This document shows, one piece after another, positions 56,012-64,000 of a DNA stretch of 64,000 nt. Source of the DNA: Bacteroidota bacterium (GTDB taxonomy: Bacteria; Bacteroidota; Bacteroidia; Bacteroidales; JAIOZK01); contig JAXHMP010000001.1 in NCBI GenBank assembly GCA_034521425.1, forward strand, positions 1,929,737 through 1,993,736, read 5' to 3'. Position 1 is the stretch's first letter, and each line of letters opens with the position of its first letter. The notes under the pieces are model-generated. The model searched no databases. It had not been told where the DNA came from and saw only the letters and a program-made list of their open reading frames with translations. Both the position numbers and the translations under genes were made by a program.

Positions 56012-56785
56012 GTGCACAGGAAAGCCAAAAAGCTAAATCTTAAAAACATACTGGTTTCACAACCCCAGCCTGCCGATCTTGCTAAGTCACCCTATGGTAC
56101 ACTGGCAGAAAAATACAACCTGAACATTGACTTTTACAAGTTTATCAAAGTGGAGGGTGTAACATCGAAAGAGTTCAGGCAGAGCAAGGTTAATATTCTG
56201 GATCATACCGCCGTTATTTTTACCAGCCGCAATTCAGTCGATCATTTTTTCAGAATGAGCAAGGATCTTCGGCTTGAAGTACCCGATTCACTGAAATATT
56301 TCTGCATATCCGAAGCAACTGCTTTTTATCTTCAGAAATACGTGCAATACCGGAAAAGAAAGATCTTTCACGGAAAACAGAATTTTAGCGAGCTGGTGGA
56401 TATTATCAAGAAACACAAGGATGAAAAATACCTCCTGCCCTGTTCCGATATTCATAAGGCAAGTCTTTCGAATTTGCTGGACGAGAACAAGATCGTCCAC
56501 AACAAAGCCATTATGTACCGCACAATAGCCAGCAATCTCTCGAACCTGAAGATCGATAAATATGATATGTTGATCTTTTTCAGCCCGAGCGGAGTCAGGT
56601 CTTTGGTAAAGAATTTTCCGGATTACAAGCAAAACGAAACGCTGATTGCTGCTTTTGGCCCGACCACTTCCAAAGCAGTGACCGATGCAGGCCTCAAACT
56701 GAATATCAAAGCCCCGACTAAAACAGCACCTTCGATGAGCATGGCCATTGAAGAGTACATTCAGAAAGAATCTAAAAAGAAATAG
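56012..56785 (+). CDS. hemD: uroporphyrinogen-III synthase-like protein
   Basis: Two-lobed HEM4-like pattern (ILVSQPQP..., AVIFTSRNSVDHFF, MLIFFSPSGVRSL, IAAFGPTTSKAV). Confidence 0.6.
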   Translation: MHRKAKKLNLKNILVSQPQPADLAKSPYGTLAEKYNLNIDFYKFIKVEGVTSKEFRQSKVNILDHTAVIFTSRNSVDHFFRMSKDLRLEVPDSLKYFCISEATAFYLQKYVQYRKRKIFHGKQNFSELVDIIKKHKDEKYLLPCSDIHKASLSNLLDENKIVHNKAIMYRTIASNLSNLKIDKYDMLIFFSPSGVRSLVKNFPDYKQNETLIAAFGPTTSKAVTDAGLKLNIKAPTKTAPSMSMAIEEYIQKESKKK

Positions 56786-56838
56786 ATATCTTTTGTACAT
56801 TTGTTAGCTTTAATGCTGATTTTTAATGATATATAGGG

Positions 56839-57231
56839 GTGAAACTAAGCTTTAACAAAGCCGAGAAATTAAAAAGTAAAAAGCAGATTGAACAGCTTTT
56901 CCAGAAAGGAAGCCAGGCCTTTATCTATCCATTTAAGATCATCTGGTTATTTCCCGGACAATCTAGTGAAGTACGGGCAAAGGTGCTGGTGGGTGCTTCC
57001 CGGAAAAGCCTAAAGAAAGCAACGGATCGCAACAAGATGAAGAGGAGGATGCGCGAAGCCTACAGAAGGAATAAAACAGCACTTCTTGAGTCGCTTACCC
57101 GCACCAACAGTTATTGCAATATCGGGATTATTCACGTAGGGAAAGAAATTTCCGCTTTTAAAGAAACCGAAAAAAGAATAATTGAACTGCTGAACCGTTT
57201 AATACAAGACAATGAAAAAAGTTCTGGCTAA
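56839..57231 (+). CDS. rnpA: ribonuclease P protein component
   Basis: A small basic protein with [16 protein letters not shown] (RNR-type motif), directly upstream of yidD. Confidence 0.8.
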   Translation: MKLSFNKAEKLKSKKQIEQLFQKGSQAFIYPFKIIWLFPGQSSEVRAKVLVGASRKSLKKATDRNKMKRRMREAYRRNKTALLESLTRTNSYCNIGIIHVGKEISAFKETEKRIIELLNRLIQDNEKSSG

Positions 57232-57433
57232 GTTTTTTATCTTGATCATCAGGTTTTACCAGGGGGCGATTTCACCCTACTTACCGCCCTCCTGCAGGTA
57301 TACGCCTACATGCTCGGCTTATGGTGTGGAAGCGATCAAAAAACACGGACCTTTCAAAGGCGGGTGGCTTAGCCTGAAGCGTTTTTCACGCTGTCATCCA
57401 TGGGGGGGATCAGGGTATGACCCCGTACCATGA
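57212..57433 (+). CDS. yidD: membrane protein insertion efficiency factor YidD
   Basis: [32 protein letters not shown]...[14 protein letters not shown]. Confidence 0.9.
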   Translation: MKKVLAKFFILIIRFYQGAISPYLPPSCRYTPTCSAYGVEAIKKHGPFKGGWLSLKRFSRCHPWGGSGYDPVP

Positions 57434-57522
57434 AATATTTAAACAATAGAACATGAAAAAACATCTGATAAATTTACTGCTTGCAATTGTACTTATCCTT
57501 CCGGCCACCTTAGTGGCTCAGG

Positions 57523-59118
57523 ATGAAAAACTTTGAAATTGCAAAGAATATCGAAATTCTCACAACCCTTTATAAGGAATTGAATACCAATTATGTTGAT
57601 GAGATACATGCCGGTGAACTCATGACCACCAGCATTGAGGCCATGCTGGAGTCGCTTGACCCTTACACGAATTATATCCCTGAATCGGAGGTGGAAGACT
57701 ACCGTTTCATGACCACAGGAAAATACGGGGGCATCGGTTCTCTGATCCAGAAAAAAGACAACTATGTGATCATTTCGGAGCCCTATGAAGGTTTCCCTGC
57801 ACAAAAAGCCGGGCTCAAAGCCGGGGATAAAATCCTGGAAATAAATGGTGAACCAGCTGTTGGGAAAAACACCGAGGAAGTCAGCAACATCCTGAAAGGA
57901 CAGCCGGGTTCCAAACTCAATCTCCTGATCGAAAGAGAAGGGATAGACAAGGATTTCGAAGTTGAACTGACCCGTGAAAACATCAAAATCGATAATGTAA
58001 CTTATTATGGGATGTTGGATTACAGAATTGGCTATATCCGTCTGTCCAGCTTTACCCAGAATGCCTGGCGGGAATTCAGGAATGCTTTTCAGGAGCTGAA
58101 GAAAAGCAATGAGCTGAATGGCCTCATCATTGATCTTCGGGGCAATGGAGGAGGCTTGTTAACAGAATCGGTTAATATTGCCAACCTTTTTATTGAGAAA
58201 GACGAACTGATCGTTAGTACCAGGGGGAAATTACAGGATAAGAATAAGGTTTACAAAACCCAGATGCAGCCCATCGACACGGATGTCCCGATTGCCGTGC
58301 TGGTAAATGGCGCCAGTGCATCTGCTTCCGAGATCCTTTCGGGTTCCATGCAGGATCTCGACCGGGGAGTGATCATCGGACAGAGGACCTATGGTAAGGG
58401 ACTGGTGCAAAATGTGGTGCCCCTGAGCTACAATGCAAAAGCCAAAATTACTGTGGCCAAATATTATATTCCGAGCGGCAGGTGCATTCAGGCGATCGAT
58501 TATTCACATAAGGATGAGAACGGGAATTCGGAGAAAGTGGCGGATTCGCTGATTAACGAATTCCGTACAAGGAATAACCGCATAGTATATGACGGCAGAG
58601 GCGTCAAACCGGATATCGTACTCGAAAAGCAGGAACTCAGTAATATTGCCTTCAGTTTGTTTGTCAACAACCTGATTTTCGATTATGCCACAAAATATAC
58701 CCTTCAACACGATAGCATCCCAGAAGTGGAAGACTTTGAGATCACCGATGAGATCTATGCTGATTTCAAGAAATTTATTTCGGACAAGGATTATGACTAT
58801 ACCACAGATAGTGAAAAAGCCCTGAACAAGCTGAAAAAATCAGCAAAGGAAGAAAAGTATTTTGACGCGATCAAAGGTGAATACGAAGCCCTGGTTGAAA
58901 AGATCAAACATGATAAAAGCGAAGATCTGCAAAAATTCCAGGATGAGATCCGGGAACTCCTGAAAATTGAGATCGCCGGCAGGTATTATTACCAGAAAGG
59001 GAAAATTCAGGCATCACTGAAAGATGACCCGGAAATTGAAGCCGCCGTTAAATTGCTCAGGAATGGAGAGCGGTATAAGGAAATACTAAGCAATCCCGAG
59101 CTGACGTTAAAAAAATAG
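57523..59118 (+). CDS. S41-family C-terminal processing peptidase (signal peptide encoded out of frame at 57453..57536)
   Basis: A PDZ domain (GFPAQKAGLKAGDKILEINGE) and catalytic-region motifs (DLRGNGGG, ASASEILSG, GKGLVQ). The upstream ORF MKKHLINLLLAIVLILPATLVAQDEKL* joins in frame if one A of the A5 run 57526-57530 is removed. Confidence 0.8.
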   Translation: MKNFEIAKNIEILTTLYKELNTNYVDEIHAGELMTTSIEAMLESLDPYTNYIPESEVEDYRFMTTGKYGGIGSLIQKKDNYVIISEPYEGFPAQKAGLKAGDKILEINGEPAVGKNTEEVSNILKGQPGSKLNLLIEREGIDKDFEVELTRENIKIDNVTYYGMLDYRIGYIRLSSFTQNAWREFRNAFQELKKSNELNGLIIDLRGNGGGLLTESVNIANLFIEKDELIVSTRGKLQDKNKVYKTQMQPIDTDVPIAVLVNGASASASEILSGSMQDLDRGVIIGQRTYGKGLVQNVVPLSYNAKAKITVAKYYIPSGRCIQAIDYSHKDENGNSEKVADSLINEFRTRNNRIVYDGRGVKPDIVLEKQELSNIAFSLFVNNLIFDYATKYTLQHDSIPEVEDFEITDEIYADFKKFISDKDYDYTTDSEKALNKLKKSAKEEKYFDAIKGEYEALVEKIKHDKSEDLQKFQDEIRELLKIEIAGRYYYQKGKIQASLKDDPEIEAAVKLLRNGERYKEILSNPELTLKK

Positions 59119-59166
59119 ATCGCTCAAGAGGCGCACAAATGAACAGCTTTTTACCATAAGAGGTAA

Positions 59167-60816
59167 ATGTACATATATACAAAACAATTTCACAGGGATG
59201 CATATTTTGTCGCACTGATCCTGATGGCAGCCAGTTTGCCCTTATCAAGGTTCGGCATGAGCGTTATGCAATTTACCCTGCTGGGCTTGTGGATCTGGGC
59301 TGGATTCTCCTTTAAAACAGTTTTTGATAATTTTGGTAGTAAAGGTTTTAGCGGGATCTCCTGGTTTCTGTTGTATATGTGGGAACTTACCCGTACAAAC
59401 TTTATCCATAAATTCAGGCTGTTTTTCAAAAATAAAGCAGCTGTCGTACTTTCCTCCCTTTTCCTGTTGCATGTGATCGGTTTGGTGCATACCAGCGATT
59501 TCAGTTATGCAATGAAGGACCTGAGAATAAAACTGCCCCTGCTTGCTCTGCCGCTCATCATTTCCACCATGCCGGCACTCAACAGGCAAAAATTTCTGCA
59601 GGTAATGCTTTTCCATTTGATTGCAGTGCTTATCGGTACATTTTTCAGCATCTATGAATTGATACGGGGGGAATTTACCGACATCAGGGGGATCTCGGTT
59701 TTTATATCACCCATACGCTTCAGCCTGAATATTTGCATTGCCATATTTACGGCAGCATATTTAACTTTCGCGGGTCGAAATCTACACATGGCTTACCGGA
59801 TACTTTTCCTGGCAATAGCCTTATGGCTCTCCTACTTTCTTTTCATCCTTGAGTCGGGCATTGGCCTGATCATCATTATCAGCACCCTCGTCTTCATCCT
59901 GATTTATCTGATCATGATGCAAAAAAGACTGGTCCTGAAGGTGATCATGACCACGGCGGTGATCGGTTTGCCTTCGGTGCTGATCTTTTATACTTACAGC
60001 ACCATTCAGGATTTCAACAAGGTTGAGCCCGTTGACTTCGAACATCTCGACAAATACACACAATCCGGGAACAAATACTTACATGATACGGTTTACATGG
60101 GTATAGAGGACGGCCTCTACTGTGGCCTTTACCTGGCTCCGGGCGAACTTGAAAAAGAATGGAACAAAAGAAGCAATCTGGATTATCACGGAAATGACAG
60201 AAAGGGGCAGGAACTCAAGGTTACCCTGATCAGGTTTCTGACTTCCAGAGGTTTAAGAAAAGACAAAGAGGGCGTTGAAAAACTGACGGACGACGAGATC
60301 AAGGCCATAGAAAGAGGAATCGCAAATGTCAATTACCTGAATAATCCAAGTCTGAGGACCAGAATATCCAAGATCATGATCGGGTACCATAATTACCAGT
60401 ATGCCGACGATCCTAACGGCAGTTCCGTGCTGCAAAGGATTGAATACTGGAAAGCCTCCCTCAACATTATCGATGATAACATTATTGCCGGTGTGGGAAC
60501 GGGCGATATGAATAAGGTATTTGAGGAGTATTATGATGAAACAAACTCTCCCCTGTCGAAAAAGAACCGCTGGCGATCACACAATCAGTATTTATCCATT
60601 TTTATTGCTTTCGGGATTTTTGGCTTTGCCTGGTTCCTGGTAACCCTGCTGTATCCGCCCATCAAACAAAAAATGCTTTTCGATTATTTCTATTTCGTTT
60701 TTTTCATGACCATTGCACTGAGTATGATGACAGAGGACACCATCGAAACCCAGGCGGGCGTCACCCTTTACGCTTTCTATAATTCATTTCTCCTGTTTGG
60801 CCGAAAACAAGGTTAG
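59167..60816 (+). CDS. O-antigen ligase (Wzy_C)-family polytopic membrane protein with a large soluble loop
   Basis: At least 10 TM helices, a periplasmic-loop region, and WRSHNQYLSIFIAFGIFG resembling the O-antigen-ligase H-N-x-Y/F motif. Confidence 0.5.
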   Translation: MYIYTKQFHRDAYFVALILMAASLPLSRFGMSVMQFTLLGLWIWAGFSFKTVFDNFGSKGFSGISWFLLYMWELTRTNFIHKFRLFFKNKAAVVLSSLFLLHVIGLVHTSDFSYAMKDLRIKLPLLALPLIISTMPALNRQKFLQVMLFHLIAVLIGTFFSIYELIRGEFTDIRGISVFISPIRFSLNICIAIFTAAYLTFAGRNLHMAYRILFLAIALWLSYFLFILESGIGLIIIISTLVFILIYLIMMQKRLVLKVIMTTAVIGLPSVLIFYTYSTIQDFNKVEPVDFEHLDKYTQSGNKYLHDTVYMGIEDGLYCGLYLAPGELEKEWNKRSNLDYHGNDRKGQELKVTLIRFLTSRGLRKDKEGVEKLTDDEIKAIERGIANVNYLNNPSLRTRISKIMIGYHNYQYADDPNGSSVLQRIEYWKASLNIIDDNIIAGVGTGDMNKVFEEYYDETNSPLSKKNRWRSHNQYLSIFIAFGIFGFAWFLVTLLYPPIKQKMLFDYFYFVFFMTIALSMMTEDTIETQAGVTLYAFYNSFLLFGRKQG

Positions 60817-60864
60817 AAAGATTTTCTTTCAGAATATTCGTATTTTAGCCAAACAAGAGAAAAA

Positions 60865-61356
60865 ATGAGAAAGCGGGAAATAAAGATCGACTACCTTGAA
60901 TACGATTCGCGTGCAGAACTTCCGTTACAGGACCGGGAACTGCTGGAGGCAGCCATTGCTGCAATCAGTAAGGCTTATGCGCCCTATTCAGGTTATCGTG
61001 TTGGTGCCTCCGTTTTGCTCGACAATGGCAAAGTATTCTCTGCCAATAACCAGGAAAATATGGCCTTTCCTTCAGGCACCTGTGCTGAACGGGCAGTCCT
61101 GTTCTATGTTCATGCCAATTATCCGGATAATACAATCAAAGCCATTGCAATTTCAGCGGTCACTGATAAATTCAATATCCGGGAAGCAGTAAGTCCATGT
61201 GGATCATGCCGCCAGGTCATCGCGGAATACGAAACCAAACAGAAGAGTCCTGTCAGGCTCATACTTTCGGCCGAGAAAACAAAAACGATCGTTATCAATG
61301 GTATCAATAAACTTCTTCCTTTTCATTTCGAGGGAGAAGAACTGAAGAAACACTGA
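60865..61356 (+). CDS. cdd: cytidine deaminase
   Basis: Zinc motifs CAERAVLF and PCGSCRQVIAEY. Confidence 0.85.
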   Translation: MRKREIKIDYLEYDSRAELPLQDRELLEAAIAAISKAYAPYSGYRVGASVLLDNGKVFSANNQENMAFPSGTCAERAVLFYVHANYPDNTIKAIAISAVTDKFNIREAVSPCGSCRQVIAEYETKQKSPVRLILSAEKTKTIVINGINKLLPFHFEGEELKKH

Positions 61357-61362
61357 ATAATC

Positions 61363-61761
61363 ATGATGAGGATGGAATTAATTGCAACCAAGATCTGCAA
61401 AGCAAGCGACATTGGCATATACAACAATCTGTTCGGCGGCACCATGCTGAGCTGGCTCGACGAGGCCGGGGGAACCATGGCCAGTGCAAAATGCTGTACG
61501 CCGAATATTATTACACTCAAGATCGATGAGGTAGTTTTTAAGAAACCCGTTAAGGTAAACGAACACATTCGCTTATATGGAAAGATCGACCGGATCGGAA
61601 ACACATCAATTGCTCTTTACCTCGAAGCCAGGAGATTCGATTTTGAAGAACATGAAGAAAACATGGTTTGTTCTACAAGGATGACTTTTGTGAGAATCGA
61701 CCAGGAAGGAAACGCTATTCCCATCGAGAAAATAATCAGAGATAAATACAAAAACTACTAA
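61363..61761 (+). CDS. hotdog-fold acyl-CoA thioesterase (YciA/BFIT-like)
   Basis: NLFGGTMLSWLDEAGG...FKKPVKVNEHIRLYGKIDRIGNTSI. Confidence 0.65.
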   Translation: MMRMELIATKICKASDIGIYNNLFGGTMLSWLDEAGGTMASAKCCTPNIITLKIDEVVFKKPVKVNEHIRLYGKIDRIGNTSIALYLEARRFDFEEHEENMVCSTRMTFVRIDQEGNAIPIEKIIRDKYKNY

Positions 61762-61764
61762 ACT

Positions 61765-62637
61765 ATGAAGAATAGATTCCTGCTTTTTACCATCATAATC
61801 TTTTTCATCACAACAGCCTTTAAATCAGATAAACCAGCTTATCAACTTTTTAAGGCAAACGGAAAAAAAACAAAGTATACGCGTTTGCTGAAAGCGGCAA
61901 AAGAAGCCGATATCGTATTTTTTGGTGAGCTTCATAACAACCCCATTTGCCATTGGTTGCAGCTGGAGTTAACGTGCGACCTTTTCACGGAGAACGACAG
62001 TGCCAACATCATTCTGGGAGCAGAAATGTTTGAAGCCGACGACCAGCTAATCCTGGATGAGTACCTTGGTGGTGTCATCAAGGAAAGCAATTTTGAGAAG
62101 GAAGCCAAAATATGGCCGAACTATAAGACGGATTATAAACCCCTGATCAACTTCGCCAAAGAAAATCAGCTGGAATTCATTGCCACGAATATTCCCAGGC
62201 GTTATGCCTCCGTGGTACACAATGGCGGCTTTGAAGCCCTGGACGGACTGACAGACGAGGCAAAATCATACATTGCTCCCCTGCCTGTTCAATACGACCC
62301 GGAACTGGAAGGATACAAAAGCATGCTGGAAATGATGGGCAGTATGGGTCACGGCAGCGAGAACCTGCCCAAAGCCCAGGCCGCGAAAGACGCGACCATG
62401 TCGTACTTTATCCTGAAAAACTGGGAAAATGGAAAGATATTCATCCATTATAACGGAGCCTACCACTCAAAGAATTTTGAAGGTATTGTATGGTATCTGA
62501 AACAGGAAAACCCGGATCTGAACATACTAACCATCAACAGTGAGGAACAGGCACAACTGGACAGTTTAAAAAGCGAACTGGAAAACACGGCTGATTTCAT
62601 CCTGGTAATCCCCGAAGTAATGACGAAAACCTATTAG
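61765..62637 (+). CDS. ChaN-family (DUF399-like) lipoprotein
   Basis: Signal peptide, then ADIVFFGELHNNPICHWLQLEL and AEMFEADDQ motifs. Confidence 0.5.
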   Translation: MKNRFLLFTIIIFFITTAFKSDKPAYQLFKANGKKTKYTRLLKAAKEADIVFFGELHNNPICHWLQLELTCDLFTENDSANIILGAEMFEADDQLILDEYLGGVIKESNFEKEAKIWPNYKTDYKPLINFAKENQLEFIATNIPRRYASVVHNGGFEALDGLTDEAKSYIAPLPVQYDPELEGYKSMLEMMGSMGHGSENLPKAQAAKDATMSYFILKNWENGKIFIHYNGAYHSKNFEGIVWYLKQENPDLNILTINSEEQAQLDSLKSELENTADFILVIPEVMTKTY

Positions 62638-62645
62638 CGATCCCA

Positions 62646-63041
62646 TTAGCTGAACGTAAAGAGCGCATTTGCCAGGAAATTCCAGATGGTAACAACGGCA
62701 ATGGCAAAAAGTTTGGCCAGGTAAAAATTGATTTTGAACTTTTTGAGGATCAACCAGAGGATGAGATTATTCAGGCCCAGGCCTATCAGTGAAATGACAA
62801 GGAATTCCGTGTATTCAAGGGCGATATCGGGATTGGTGCTGTTGAAGGTCCATATCCTGTTGAGGATATAATTTGAACTGGCCGCCAGGGTAAAACCAAT
62901 GGAATTGGAAATAAACTTCTGAATTTTCAGCCATTCTTTGCAGATGAATGTAAATCCATAATCCACAAAGAGGCCGGAAAAACCCACCAGGCCGAATTTC
63001 AGAAACTTGTAAAAGAATTCTTCCGTCAGTATTTCAGTCAT
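62646..63041 (-). CDS. GtrA-family membrane protein
   Basis: 131 aa with 4 TM helices, plus FLKFGLVGFSGLFVDYGFTF and NRIWTF motifs. Confidence 0.7.
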   Translation of the reverse strand: MTEILTEEFFYKFLKFGLVGFSGLFVDYGFTFICKEWLKIQKFISNSIGFTLAASSNYILNRIWTFNSTNPDIALEYTEFLVISLIGLGLNNLILWLILKKFKINFYLAKLFAIAVVTIWNFLANALFTFS

Positions 63042-63063
63042 TTTCCATTTATTAAGTGCGAAC

Positions 63064-64000
63064 CTACAATTGCAGGATCAGCACTTTCTTTTTGCCCTCA
63101 CGCATAACATCCACATTGACCACCTGTCCGGGTTCCAGTTTTTTCAAGCGGTTCATATAATCGTAAATATTGCCAACACTTTTCCCATTGATGGCCACGA
63201 TGACGTCCCCCTTCTCCATACCGGCCCGGTCGGCGGGTTTGCCGTTGGTTACACCACCTACACCCAGACCCTCATTGGAATCAGAAGTAAAGTCGGGCAT
63301 GATTCCAAAAGTCACTTTCAGCCTGTTTCTGTATCCGACCTGCCGTTTGGGGCCCGCCTCCTGGAATGTAAGTGCCTCACTCCTGTTGAGCAGGTTTTCC
63401 ACAAGGGCGCAGGCGAATTCGGATACCTGCTCCTGGCCGGCAAAGTTCAGGCGGTCAGCATCATCGGCCGGGGTATGGTAATCTTCATGAGCGCCCGTAC
63501 TGATGAAGAAAACGGGTATTTCTTCTGCGTAAAATGCCGCATGATCTGAAGGGCCGTAACCTTCCGGAGAATAAGAAAGTGCCAGATCATAAGTTTCCTT
63601 CAATTCATCCAGCAGTCCTTCTGATTCCCGGGCAGTACCGGTACCTGATACGGAAACGGAACGGCTTGCGGTATCGAGTCTGCCGATCATATCGAAGTTG
63701 ATCATGGCATCAATTTTCTTAAGTTCCACCAGCGGGTGTGCTGTAAAATATTTCGAGCCGATCAGGCCCATTTCTTCCGCACCAAATGCAATCACCACCA
63801 GGCTCCTTTTAGAATCATTGTTTGCGGCAATTTTCCCGGCGATCTCTAAAATCCCGGCAACGCCTGAAGCATTGTCATCAGCCCCATTATGTATTCCGGT
63901 GGTATCCTGTATCCTGGAGCTGGAACCCGGGCCACCCATACCCAGATGATCATAGTGGGCACCGATCACAACAAAATGATCCTTCAGTACGGGGTCATTG
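63064..64000 (-). CDS. M28-family peptidase with a C-terminal PDZ domain, 5'-partial (continues beyond the window end)
   Basis: The frame stays open to nt 64000 (...NDPVLKDHFVVIGAHYDHLG). Also GADDNASGVAG, AFGAEEMGLIGS, and a PDZ domain (GKPADRAGMEKGDVIVAINGKSV). Confidence 0.75.
   Translation of the reverse strand, partial: NDPVLKDHFVVIGAHYDHLGMGGPGSSSRIQDTTGIHNGADDNASGVAGILEIAGKIAANNDSKRSLVVIAFGAEEMGLIGSKYFTAHPLVELKKIDAMINFDMIGRLDTASRSVSVSGTGTARESEGLLDELKETYDLALSYSPEGYGPSDHAAFYAEEIPVFFISTGAHEDYHTPADDADRLNFAGQEQVSEFACALVENLLNRSEALTFQEAGPKRQVGYRNRLKVTFGIMPDFTSDSNEGLGVGGVTNGKPADRAGMEKGDVIVAINGKSVGNIYDYMNRLKKLEPGQVVNVDVMREGKKKVLILQL

Overview
The window looks like a Bacteroidota chromosomal segment, mostly core genes with an accessory island at the 5' end. 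Phylum-level evidence: type-A and type-B T9SS C-terminal sorting domains, the uppS-bamA-ompH-ompH cluster, DUF4271-hemD-rnpA-yidD synteny and TAnnTTTG-type -7 boxes.

Layout:
- **1-15.4 kb:** an AT-rich accessory island of T9SS cargo genes. It contains a tandemly duplicated two-gene module (a propeller or 'A-module' protein followed by a beta-helix protein). An lgt gene and a RIC-hemerythrin/LuxR pair interrupt it.
- **15.5-32 kb:** housekeeping and outer-membrane biogenesis genes: GT28-like glycosyltransferase, dprA, rsgA, CBS, an Omp85-like protein, nadK, DUF6089, uppS, bamA, two ompH/skp, purA, fur, relA/spoT.
- **32-43 kb:** a type-B-CTD adhesin-like protein, gap plus a cysteine-free gap paralogue, lepA, an ECF sigma/anti-sigma/GIN-domain OMP operon, and yebC.
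- **43.7-54.4 kb:** an acetate/acyl-CoA node: ackA, hbd, acs, an OFA-type MFS transporter, an NCS2-like permease, and a Pat-like ADP-forming acyl-CoA synthetase-GNAT fusion.
- **54.4-64 kb:** adk, hemD, rnpA, yidD, an S41 protease, an O-antigen-ligase-like protein, cdd, a thioesterase, ChaN-like, GtrA, and an M28-PDZ peptidase (3'-most gene, truncated by the window end).

I found no rRNA, tRNA, CRISPR array, transposase or integrase.

Main second-look items:
1. Two perfect TTGTTAA-N4-TTAACAA palindromes (Rex-operator class) sit in both divergent promoter regions of the acetate island.
2. A cysteine-free GAPDH paralogue is translationally coupled to gap.
3. The two beta-helix paralogues share a 512-bp, roughly 97%-identical 3' block with a sharp boundary.
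4. A RIC-like di-iron protein is coupled to a LuxR regulator whose receiver domain lacks the phospho-acceptor residues.
5. A REP-like intergenic element family occurs in three copies.

Caveat: at least 15 single-nucleotide frame disruptions are present, many at short homopolymers. They hit essential genes (bamA is split in three), so many 'pseudogenes' here may be assembly indel errors. All product calls rest on motifs read by eye, because no searches could be run.
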